Part shown: in pieces, positions 26,612 to 35,791 of the stretch
Numbering within the stretch: position 1 is the first letter of the stretch
Layout of the letters: each line of letters opens with the position of its first letter
Assembly (NCBI GenBank): GCA_964389655.1
Contig: CAYMED010000007.1
Span: forward strand, 31,399-91,936
DNA length: 60,538 nucleotides
Direction: 5' to 3'
From: an uncultured Candidatus Poseidoniales archaeon
GTDB lineage: Archaea; Thermoplasmatota; Poseidoniia; Poseidoniales; CAYMED01
Made by a program: the position numbers and the translations under genes
The notes under the pieces: model-generated
Told to the model about the DNA's origin: nothing
Seen by the model: the letters and a program-made list of their open reading frames with translations, nothing else
The model's database searches: none

Positions 26612-29600
26612 TCACAAATCACTGCACAACTGAAATTGATCTGGCTGTGATTGTGCAGACCTTGGGTTTGTATTCCACTTATATTCACACCAATTAGGAA
26701 ATGAATCTGCATCTAAATCATCTTCACCATCATCAGGATCAAAGGGGTCAAGTTGGAAATAATACTCCCATCCTGAAGCCATAGAGTCATCATCTTGATC
26801 CTGATAGTAAACCTCAGATCCATCAATCCAATCATCGCCATCTGTATCATTGACCACTGGACTTGTACCATTCTTGTATTCCTCGTAGTTGGTAAAGTTC
26901 TCAAGGTCATCATAGAAGCGCTTGCCATCAGGAGTGAATGGGCTAATATGACAGCGGTCTGAATTGGGGCAATATCGTTTCTTCAATATCGCACGATCAA
27001 GCCCATCTTGGTCCGGATCTTCATCGCCGTCCTCAATTCCATTTAGGTCACTGTCGGGCATTCTAGGATCAAAGAGACCTTTAGCACCACTCTCTGAAAG
27101 AGTCGCAGAGTCGATCAAACCCATATTTGCCGCAAGCGCTGAATTCTTCACTTCCCACCCATCTGGCAAGCCATCATCATCAGAGTCAGATCGAACAGGA
27201 TTAGTGTTCCATGTCTTTTCGCCTGGTTTCTCAAGGGTATTTTGCAGGCTATCGTTATCAACATCGAGATTGGTATCAGCTGGTGTACCTGGTGCAGGAT
27301 CAATCGCCCACCTCCCCGAGGATCCTTGTGAGAAAGAGATTCCACTCAGATTCATCTCCTCGAGTTCATAGATTTTGAACCATTTCAAAATGGCATTTCT
27401 CCATAACCAGCCGCCAGGCCCTAATTGACAATCAATGGTTTCATCATCGGGAGTTCCCGAATCATCAACACAGCCGCGAGGCAACCAATTTGTAGGTGCA
27501 ATCCAAAGAGAATGGGACTTGGTATTATCTTGCGCTGATTCTATTTGCATCTCCCATCCATCTAGCATGCTGTCGCCATCAGTATCATTGTTGAGGGGAT
27601 CTGTTGCAGTTTGAAATGGACGAGGGATCTTCAAAACTTCGTAGCCATCTTTAAGCCCATCATTGTCCGTATCACTGTCATTTGCATTTGTAATATATCC
27701 ATCTTCACCACGTACAACTTCTTCTCCGTCTTCCAACTGATCATTATCGGTATCAAACATAGATGCATTTGTGAAATAAGGAGTTCCATTCCAATCGTAG
27801 CCAATACGCGTTTCAACATAGTCGCTGAGACCATCATTGTCCGTATCCGCTGCAGATGCATTCGTGAATGTATCCGAATATTCTGCTGAGTCAGAAAGAC
27901 CATCGAGATCAGTATCAAAAACGCTGGGATCGGAAGATACTGTTTTCAATACTGAGCCAAGTGTTGCGGTTACAACGCGTATTTGCCATCCCATGACCTC
28001 AATACCATCCAAAAGACCATCCTTGTCTGTGTCGGGATCGGAGGGGTTAGTTGAGGCGCCCACTTCAAGGCCATTTTCATCGAAACGCGCGTTGTACTCC
28101 ATCAAATTGGTAAATCTCTCATTATCCTCTACAACAACCATCCATTCAGTCAATCGACTGTCAATGATGTCTCCAACGGCCACATTAATCTTGTAGACAT
28201 AGCCATCACATGGGCTTAGGAGGTCGATATAGCGGGCAACACCTGCACCCTCAACAACTCGTGCGCGTGCTACAACTGTTTCATTGCCTCTAACAAATTC
28301 TCCCAAGTCTGTCTCAATTGTTGCCACTGTAGCTAGATTAAGCAAAGTCGAAAAGCGAACACGCCCATTTCCATTAGCATCCCAGCCATCGCGATCAGGA
28401 TCCTCTTCACTATTCCCTGGGTCTAAGGGATTAATTCCGCTCTCAACTTCCCACCCATCAGGCATCCCATCACCGTCAGTGTCAGCAACATTTGGGTTCG
28501 TGAAGGATACATCCACATTCCACTCAGGATGCTCCGCAACTAGTCTTGCCACCTCAACATATTCCTCCAAATTCGTCATGCCATCTTGATCAGGATTGCC
28601 AAAGGCATCCGAGTTGTCAGTTGGGTCAAGGCCAAAGCAGAATTCATAGCCATCGGGCATTCCATCTCGGTCCGAATCGAAATCAGATGGCCCATTTCGA
28701 CGGCCATCTCTATCGTCATCCTGAGAAAACCAAACCATCCCTTCCTGCTCAATCACGCTATCAAAAGGAGCAACTTTTGTGAGTACTTGATTCCCAGTTC
28801 CGCAATTAAGCTCAATTTCAACGCTTCCACGGGCTATTTCAACCGCATCAGGGAGGCCATCCATGTCACTATCTGCTAGAAAGGGGTCGGTGCCATATTG
28901 TTCTTCGATGAAGTTAGGTAAACTGTCATCATCAAAATCAAGGACATAGTCGCAACTCCAGCGTCCTCTTTCATCCGCTAGTTTTGTCCAATTTTCTTCC
29001 GAATAGAATGATGCACGTTCCTGCTTACGGTCATCAGTCAGGAGAGGGCAATCCCAATTTCCCGAAAGGGGGTCAAAAACGCGAAGTAACGAGACGCCAT
29101 CCCCTGGTTCGGTGACAATTGCACCACTCTCGTCATCTACAAAATAAGATACATTGTACTTTGCTTCCCACCCATCGCCCAAATTATCACCGTCTGTGTC
29201 CCGTTTATTTGGGTTCGTCGCGTTATCTGCTTCCTGAGAATTTGTCAAGCCATCTCGGTCGGGGTCGCCATCAGCACCATTGTTGGGATTTGGAGAGGTC
29301 TCATTTTGATCACCGGACTCACCAGAATTATCCGAGACATCCGCACCTGTAAAGGTCGAATTGAGGGCTGAACCGGGATCTAATGGGTCCAATCCATTTT
29401 CAATTTCATAAGAATCATTCAACTGATCACCATCAGTATCGGGATCATATTTGTCAGTATCATACAAATCTTCAAGTCGGTCTGGAAGGCCATCCCCATC
29501 TGTGTCTTTGTCATTGATCGATGATAAATCGGCATCCTCAATCACATCCTCTGCCCCTGATTCGTAACTAAGGTTGGTCTCGACAAATGCTTTTGAAGCA

Positions 29601-29671
29601 CCAAAAGCAGAGGCGAACATGAGGGATGAAAAAATTGCAACAACTGCCCAACGATTTGGATTCTCAACCAC
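26612..29671 (-). CDS. Large exported Ca2+-binding (DxDxDG, thrombospondin-3-like) repeat protein with a biotinyl/lipoyl-like insert
   Basis: Signal peptide; many DTDGDGxxDGxE and DPDxDGLTNxxE repeats; internal SPCDGYVYKINVAVGD segment. Confidence 0.8.
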   Translation of the reverse strand: MVENPNRWAVVAIFSSLMFASAFGASKAFVETNLSYESGAEDVIEDADLSSINDKDTDGDGLPDRLEDLYDTDKYDPDTDGDQLNDSYEIENGLDPLDPGSALNSTFTGADVSDNSGESGDQNETSPNPNNGADGDPDRDGLTNSQEADNATNPNKRDTDGDNLGDGWEAKYNVSYFVDDESGAIVTEPGDGVSLLRVFDPLSGNWDCPLLTDDRKQERASFYSEENWTKLADERGRWSCDYVLDFDDDSLPNFIEEQYGTDPFLADSDMDGLPDAVEIARGSVEIELNCGTGNQVLTKVAPFDSVIEQEGMVWFSQDDDRDGRRNGPSDFDSDRDGMPDGYEFCFGLDPTDNSDAFGNPDQDGMTNLEEYVEVARLVAEHPEWNVDVSFTNPNVADTDGDGMPDGWEVESGINPLDPGNSEEDPDRDGWDANGNGRVRFSTLLNLATVATIETDLGEFVRGNETVVARARVVEGAGVARYIDLLSPCDGYVYKINVAVGDIIDSRLTEWMVVVEDNERFTNLMEYNARFDENGLEVGASTNPSDPDTDKDGLLDGIEVMGWQIRVVTATLGSVLKTVSSDPSVFDTDLDGLSDSAEYSDTFTNASAADTDNDGLSDYVETRIGYDWNGTPYFTNASMFDTDNDQLEDGEEVVRGEDGYITNANDSDTDNDGLKDGYEVLKIPRPFQTATDPLNNDTDGDSMLDGWEMQIESAQDNTKSHSLWIAPTNWLPRGCVDDSGTPDDETIDCQLGPGGWLWRNAILKWFKIYELEEMNLSGISFSQGSSGRWAIDPAPGTPADTNLDVDNDSLQNTLEKPGEKTWNTNPVRSDSDDDGLPDGWEVKNSALAANMGLIDSATLSESGAKGLFDPRMPDSDLNGIEDGDEDPDQDGLDRAILKKRYCPNSDRCHISPFTPDGKRFYDDLENFTNYEEYKNGTSPVVNDTDGDDWIDGSEVYYQDQDDDSMASGWEYYFQLDPFDPDDGEDDLDADSFPNWCEYKWNTNPRSAQSQPDQFQLCSDL

Positions 29672-29758
29672 GTAAGTTCACCCAAGGACAGATGAACGAA
29701 TCGCGAGCGTGGCATAAACGTTCGGCGTCCGCGGAAGGCGATGCTCGCACGCAGCGGC

Positions 29759-30769
29759 CTATTCCGCAATATCCCGCCAAGGCTGAATTATGAAATGGTG
29801 CCCCGCCTCAGACTGGCTCCATTGGCATCGGCCCATTCGTCCTTCTGCGCGATCCCAAAGCCCTAACAAGATCCCTCCTGTAAGAGCCGGGTGAAAACAC
29901 GAATTGACAATTACTTCAATTCCACCATGTTGCCCAAACGGATTCACGTTAGAGGCAGAAGTCAGGCCAAGACGGCCCAATCTACGATCAATCATCATCA
30001 TCCAGTGCTCAGGTGTAGCCGCCAAAGCTGAATCCTCAAAATCGAGTGTTGTGACTGCTGCTGATTCAGCGAGAATGTCCCACCAAATGAGGCGGCTTGT
30101 TTCGCTAATTGCACCCCATTCAGTGCGTGGATCTACACTGCGCTGCCGGTCTTCCAAATGTGGGAGTTCTAATTCGCCCAAGCGAATGAGAGTATCCCTA
30201 GCTAAAAGAAGGGAGGGGATCCCCTCAATTTGGAGGCCACCTCTAGTTTGGCAAGCAGGTTCGGGCAAGTGCCCAAATTCAGGGGCAGGACCATCCATCT
30301 CCCGCCAAATGGGTTTCGTGACATTTGGAATTGGAACCGGATCTGATGTAGCATCAAGATGCAAGAGAGTACGACTTCCGCCATCATCTTCCCAGCGAAA
30401 TCGGAACCTCCTATGCTCAATTGATTCCCAAACTGCAACTGCAGCACCTGCAACTAGAGCTGACGCACAGTAGCGCTGAATGATAAGGGAGACTTGCTCC
30501 TTTGGCTTACCCTTAACTGAAATTTGACCGAGACCACGTAATGACCAATCATTATTAACCACGTGAAGGGCTGCTTTAGTGCGTCCAAATAAAGGGCGAG
30601 GATATTCGAACCTCTCCCAGCGAAGAGATTCGGTTTCAGCCATTGCAGTAGAAATACGCCGTCCGATTGGGTGTCCGACGCGCTCTTCGATTTCATCCTG
30701 AAGCCTCTCCAAGCGATCGAGAGGGTAAGCAAGCATGGGCTCATTTGACTGCTTCCCATCACCTATCAA
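29759..30769 (-). CDS. Hypothetical protein with a tandemly duplicated V4R-like domain (true start uncertain)
   Basis: Two similar halves: WSLRGLGQ..RYCASALVAGAAVAVWESIE and LGRLGLT..SCFHPALTGGILLGLWDRAE. The frame stays open upstream to 30868. Confidence 0.55.
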   Translation of the reverse strand: MIGDGKQSNEPMLAYPLDRLERLQDEIEERVGHPIGRRISTAMAETESLRWERFEYPRPLFGRTKAALHVVNNDWSLRGLGQISVKGKPKEQVSLIIQRYCASALVAGAAVAVWESIEHRRFRFRWEDDGGSRTLLHLDATSDPVPIPNVTKPIWREMDGPAPEFGHLPEPACQTRGGLQIEGIPSLLLARDTLIRLGELELPHLEDRQRSVDPRTEWGAISETSRLIWWDILAESAAVTTLDFEDSALAATPEHWMMMIDRRLGRLGLTSASNVNPFGQHGGIEVIVNSCFHPALTGGILLGLWDRAEGRMGRCQWSQSEAGHHFIIQPWRDIAE

Positions 30770-30868
30770 GCCATCCGGCCGGAGTAAAAAGCGCTCAGAA
30801 ATGCAAACCTGCGTCTGGGGATCAGTAAAATCAGATTCGTTCGGAACAAGTGGGATATTTCTCCCCCC

Positions 30869-33800
30869 TCACTTTTTCGAGCTCTTCCGTCGGACCGCTT
30901 TTTTACGCTGCTCGGAAAGAACCGTCCCTGAAACAATGCTCCTCCCTGACATATATTCTCTTGTCATCTTGCGCCCTTCGCTAGGGAGTTCACCCACTCC
31001 TTTTGCCCGTCTACCCCCAAGTGCTCCAGCAATTCGTAATCCATCTGCCCCGAGAAGGTTTTCCCAAACATTGGTTTGTTCGGCCCCGCTCCGACTTTGC
31101 CTCACCCACCAATTTTTCTGCAACTTACGATCACGTGCTGGCTTATTCGAGAGATATTGCACACGCTCACTTTGCATCTTTCGCTTGTAGTCTGATGGCT
31201 TCATTTGATCGACCATGCGGTTTGTCAACCACCCAGGGTAGCCCACATCATAGACTGCCCCATTAATTGTTAGCAAAAGACCGGACAGAAGCAGGTGTGT
31301 TCCCACAGGTATGCGCTCCTTGTCCAATTTCACACCATTCCTTCTCAAATAGCGATCATAAGAAACCATCATCCCTTGGTCTCGGTGTCGAACAACTTTG
31401 CTTTGTTGCGACCGAGTGCGCAGTATGTAAATCAGTGTAGCCAGCAGAATCCCCGAGAAAATCACACGTTCTAAAAGAAGTTCTCCACCTTGAATAAGCG
31501 AGCCAAAAGAAATCCAGAAAAGCGTGGGAACCGTGACTATCATCAGGGAAAGAAGAAAGAGGGATGAACCGCGATATGTCGGTGAAATCACATGCTCAAT
31601 CGCATCTGCCGATGCCACCCAAATATTTGCCGATAAAGCTTCATCGCGTCCAGACTTGACCGCCAATGCCGCCATTGGATTAGAAGGAGCCATGTCAATC
31701 CAACGCCTTTGCTCCTTCCAATCACCTACTGCAAGAGAATTCTCAAGTTGGTTGCCATCTACATCGTGCCCAATGATTCCACCTAATGCATGAACGCGCG
31801 TATCGCCACCACGGAACTTTTCAAGTTCTTCATGGATATCATATGCCGCAAAGAATTCACCTTGGTCCAATAAACAAAGTGCAACAGCGATGCGTGCTTT
31901 GGCCGAATCAGGATTTTGGCGGACCAATTGAAGTGCGAGATCCATTGCATCTTCGTGTCTGCGATGCATGCGTAGTAGAGCAACTGACGATACATTTGCA
32001 TGGAATGCTATGGGGTCATCATGTGTCATCATCAGCTCCCCTAGTTCAGGGTTCCAAGATTCAATACGTTGGTTGAGGTCCCGTAGTAAATCTACGATTG
32101 AATTGTTCTCATAATCAAATAGATCGTCTTCCGTAATTGTTCCTCTCCATGGATCAAGCCATTCAATCAAGACACCAAGCATTTCAGGCTCATCATAGTC
32201 ATCCTCCTGTTCAAGCCCTCGAAGAGACTCGCGTGCTGCATCAAGACGGCGACATGCGATATGGCTGGCACACAACAACATGCGTGCTTCATCATCTTCA
32301 CCACCAGATTGAGCAAGCACATTACGTGCATGGTCTGCAACATCATTCCAAAGCCCGCGCTTTGCGTACTCAATCATTTTAGCGCGGGTGCGTTGCAGGC
32401 GTAATACACCCTCGTCCTCCTCGAAATCATCAGTCTGTATTCTTGACAAGTCATTCAAATCATCAGCGAGTGCAGCGTCATCTACCCGTTTTGCCAGAGC
32501 ATCTGAAGTCGCAGTAGATACTGAACCCTCGCGCCGCGCATCAGGGCTTAGGTCAAACTTCATCTTGCGTAGTCCATTAAGGCGAGCAAGAGAGAAAAAC
32601 CACGTTAGAAGAAAAATTGAGTGCCCTGCTGAAATGAAAAACCATACAGTTCGATTCACAAGATTCTCTTCAAAACCGGCTGCACGCATCTCTGCAGCAT
32701 ATGGCATAAAAGAAGTAAACTCAGTATAGCACGTCATCAGCATCAAGAGCACTGAATATCCGCTGAACCCTGCAAATGTAAAAAATAGTAATTTATTTTG
32801 GGCCTTCTGCTCAGACCGAATTTCACGGGGAGTTGCCAAAATTAGCCCACCTATGCCACCAAAAGCCTGCCCGCCAAGGAACATGACCCGAGTAACTTCA
32901 AAGATAAAGGCGAGTCCAATGATTGCCACATTAAAACTCAGATAGACAGTAAGAATCACGCTCATTTGCTTGAGTGCTTGGCCAAATCCCCCTAGTTTCT
33001 GAATCCAAGGGCTCTCGATAAATTGGTACATTTTCCAACCAATGACGCCTCCAAAGTCATACATTCCAGCTGCATTTGGGTCTGCGGGATTGAGTATTTC
33101 CACATACACGACTGTCAAAACTCCATTGATTGCCGCAAGAGGCATTGTAAAAACAAAAACCATGATTATGAGAGCAGTAAAACGCCCCATCAAACTTGCT
33201 TGATCGGGATCGACTGGGTTGGGAATGCCCCTCAGCGTCCTCGTTTTATTGACAACTAGCATATTCCATGAGGCTCCCATAATCCGCCCATATGCGAGGA
33301 TTGTGGGCGACATGAAAATCAATAAACCATATGCCAAATATTCTGCACGTTTCCTTGGATCTATCTGCGCTGCTGCAACGACCAAAATCGCTAGGACTGT
33401 CCCTCCTAAAATCAGCATAGTTGAGAAGCGTCTGAAGAATAATTTGACAGGACTCACCTTCTGATCTGCGCGAGTTTTGCGAGACAATTGCGCATTAAGT
33501 GTCTCCCAGGGTGAGAGAATGATCGGGAGCCCAACAAGGATGAGTAAGAGGAACACGATAGGCTCTGCATATGTGCGCGGCGCAAAAATTAGTTCGGCAA
33601 TGAGGATCAATAGTCCAACCATTGAAAATAAGTAAACGTAAATTCCGAATTCCACTGATCGCTGCCTCATGAGTTGCCTTGCTTCACGACGATCATTGGT
33701 CAGCCTGTGCACTTCGAAAAGATCTTCACCAACTTCAAAGGCTACCTGAAGGTTTGACAAATTCTGCGAGATAAGGAAACGCCAAAGTAGAATCATTACC

Positions 33801-33946
33801 ACAATTCCAACGATAACGGGGATGTATGCGGTGATGCCCATCTCATCAGGGGAGAGAACTCGGACAGCATCTCCATCCTCTGCACTAACGGGCAAAGCCA
33901 TGACTGCCACAGCCGCAATCAAGACTGTGGCCGTGATGCGACGCAT
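30869..33946 (-). CDS. Polytopic membrane protein with a cytoplasmic TPR-like region
   Basis: Signal-like N-terminus, about 10 TM helices, helical-repeat region (NPDSAKARIAVALCLLDQGEFFAA), two further TM helices and a basic C-terminal tail. Confidence 0.7.
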   Translation of the reverse strand: MRRITATVLIAAVAVMALPVSAEDGDAVRVLSPDEMGITAYIPVIVGIVVMILLWRFLISQNLSNLQVAFEVGEDLFEVHRLTNDRREARQLMRQRSVEFGIYVYLFSMVGLLILIAELIFAPRTYAEPIVFLLLILVGLPIILSPWETLNAQLSRKTRADQKVSPVKLFFRRFSTMLILGGTVLAILVVAAAQIDPRKRAEYLAYGLLIFMSPTILAYGRIMGASWNMLVVNKTRTLRGIPNPVDPDQASLMGRFTALIIMVFVFTMPLAAINGVLTVVYVEILNPADPNAAGMYDFGGVIGWKMYQFIESPWIQKLGGFGQALKQMSVILTVYLSFNVAIIGLAFIFEVTRVMFLGGQAFGGIGGLILATPREIRSEQKAQNKLLFFTFAGFSGYSVLLMLMTCYTEFTSFMPYAAEMRAAGFEENLVNRTVWFFISAGHSIFLLTWFFSLARLNGLRKMKFDLSPDARREGSVSTATSDALAKRVDDAALADDLNDLSRIQTDDFEEDEGVLRLQRTRAKMIEYAKRGLWNDVADHARNVLAQSGGEDDEARMLLCASHIACRRLDAARESLRGLEQEDDYDEPEMLGVLIEWLDPWRGTITEDDLFDYENNSIVDLLRDLNQRIESWNPELGELMMTHDDPIAFHANVSSVALLRMHRRHEDAMDLALQLVRQNPDSAKARIAVALCLLDQGEFFAAYDIHEELEKFRGGDTRVHALGGIIGHDVDGNQLENSLAVGDWKEQRRWIDMAPSNPMAALAVKSGRDEALSANIWVASADAIEHVISPTYRGSSLFLLSLMIVTVPTLFWISFGSLIQGGELLLERVIFSGILLATLIYILRTRSQQSKVVRHRDQGMMVSYDRYLRRNGVKLDKERIPVGTHLLLSGLLLTINGAVYDVGYPGWLTNRMVDQMKPSDYKRKMQSERVQYLSNKPARDRKLQKNWWVRQSRSGAEQTNVWENLLGADGLRIAGALGGRRAKGVGELPSEGRKMTREYMSGRSIVSGTVLSEQRKKAVRRKSSKK

Positions 33947-34018
33947 GTCAAATCGTGTAGAAGCAGCCGCTTTGCATACTTCAATCCACCCGCAGAAAGA
34001 GACGGCTTTGCAACAGTA

Positions 34019-35245
34019 TCAAGGGCCCAAGCGTTTGCGGGAAAGAAATGCATCGATCCGATCAAAGGCCGTGTCAAGAACATCGACTTCGGGAAGATAG
34101 ACAAGGCGCACGTGCCCCTGCCCCATTTCCTGTGAAAAACCCGATCCGTGGACCAAAAGGACGTGTTCTTCATGGAGTAATTCGAGCACAAATCGCTTAT
34201 CATCTTCCGCCCACAAGGAATCTGTCAACCGGACAAACATGTAGAATGCTCCTCCTGGCGCCTGTACATCTAAACCCTCAATCTCCCGAATGCGCTCCAA
34301 ACAACGATCTCGCTGCTTCAGCAAGCGGGAATTGGTATCTATCATCCATTCACGGGATCCTGTGAGTCCTGCAAGATATCCAATTTGGGCGGGAGTAGAG
34401 GCACATAACCTGCTTCGCAAAATCCGTTCGACACCATCCCTAATATTGGACATACTCCCAGTGGGATCATGAATTGCAAGATATCCAAGCCTCCACCCGG
34501 GTGCATACCATACTTTAGAGACCCCATTAAGCGTGAACACAGGCACATCTGAACTTTGGCTGGCAACAGAGACCTGCCTTCCTGTGAAGTCAATTGCATC
34601 ATATATTTCATCCGCAATTACAATGCAATTCGGCCATTTCCTGGCAATTCCAAGCAACTTCCCAATTTCTTCCACTCCCGCGACATTCCCCGTAGGATTG
34701 TTGGGGTTAATCAAAACGAGGAGACGAACACGATCACTCATTTTTGATTCTATATCCTCAAAATCAACCTTCCACCCGTCATCAGGGTTCAAGCGATATT
34801 CAACAGTTTTTGCACCATACATCTGAGGATATGCCATGTAGGGTGGATAATGCGGCCCGGGAGCGAGAACCTCATCACCTTCATTTAAACAAGCCTGAAA
34901 GATAATTTGTAGCGCTTCCGTAACTCCATGACACACGTAGACATCGTCAGCAGTACAATTCCAACCTCCCCCATTTTTCCCACATTCATCATTTGCGATT
35001 GCATTCCGTAATTCGGGAAGACCATAAGATGCTGAATAGCCATTATTCTGCCCCCTAAGTGCAGAAGAGAATGCATCAATCATGTGTTCAGGAGTCGGCA
35101 AACCGGGATAGGCGAGAGGGTCACCAATGTTGAGTTTCAGAATCTGGTGCCCCTGCTGTTCGAGTTCCATCGCTGGAATCACCACATCTCGTATCGCGTA
35201 TTCGATTCGGGAAGCCCGATCTGCAACTGGAATAACATGCCCCAT
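34019..35245 (-). CDS. PLP-dependent aminotransferase class I/II (AlaA-like alanine aminotransferase)
   Basis: IEYAIRD, LNIGDP, GVTEAL, INPNNPTG, ADEIYD and NGVSKVWYAPGWRLGY (PLP lysine) motifs. Confidence 0.92.
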   Translation of the reverse strand: MGHVIPVADRASRIEYAIRDVVIPAMELEQQGHQILKLNIGDPLAYPGLPTPEHMIDAFSSALRGQNNGYSASYGLPELRNAIANDECGKNGGGWNCTADDVYVCHGVTEALQIIFQACLNEGDEVLAPGPHYPPYMAYPQMYGAKTVEYRLNPDDGWKVDFEDIESKMSDRVRLLVLINPNNPTGNVAGVEEIGKLLGIARKWPNCIVIADEIYDAIDFTGRQVSVASQSSDVPVFTLNGVSKVWYAPGWRLGYLAIHDPTGSMSNIRDGVERILRSRLCASTPAQIGYLAGLTGSREWMIDTNSRLLKQRDRCLERIREIEGLDVQAPGGAFYMFVRLTDSLWAEDDKRFVLELLHEEHVLLVHGSGFSQEMGQGHVRLVYLPEVDVLDTAFDRIDAFLSRKRLGP

Positions 35246-35260
35246 ATGATGGCCTAGGGG

Positions 35261-35755
35261 TTAGGTGCAATCAAGTTCACGCAAGATCGTCCCCTTAATC
35301 CCACCCATTTGGCACACTAACAAAAAGTGTTCCCGAGATACGTTTTGCACACTTAATCGGCAGAACCTCTGCAATAACAGCATACCATCTAGGTCTTGAT
35401 TTGCCTTCATATCTGCTAAGGGGATGATCCATCTCATAGCCTGGATGGGCTCAATGTCCACCATCACCCATCTCGGATTTTCGGGGGTAGATTTAGGATC
35501 GAAATAATTCGAAGAAGGGTCTTGGGCAGTATGATCTGGATACCCCTCCTTACAAACTCTGGCAATTCCTGCGACATGTGGCGGCTTGCTATTTGAATGA
35601 TAGAACAGCACCAAGTCACCGACCGACATATCGTCCCTCATCAGATTTCTTGCTTGGTAATTACGCACGCCATCCCAATGGGTTGAGCCATCCTCGACAA
35701 GTTGTTCCCATGAGTAGACATGTGGTTCACTCTTCATCAGCCAGTGTTGGACCAT
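35261..35755 (-). CDS. EVE domain protein
   Basis: WLMKSEP, WDGVRNYQARN, FYHSN, YPDHT..FDPKS and RLSV motifs. Confidence 0.95.
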   Translation of the reverse strand: MVQHWLMKSEPHVYSWEQLVEDGSTHWDGVRNYQARNLMRDDMSVGDLVLFYHSNSKPPHVAGIARVCKEGYPDHTAQDPSSNYFDPKSTPENPRWVMVDIEPIQAMRWIIPLADMKANQDLDGMLLLQRFCRLSVQNVSREHFLLVCQMGGIKGTILRELDCT

Positions 35756-35791
35756 ATGAGGCCGTATTTGACAAACATTTCAAGGCTTATG

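Noticed and set aside
26612-29671. Recurrent tcatcatc/gtatcagt-like DNA motifs as a possible CRISPR array or tandem repeat
   Set aside because: They are explained by Asp-rich coding repeats; there is no constant repeat-spacer periodicity and no cas gene.
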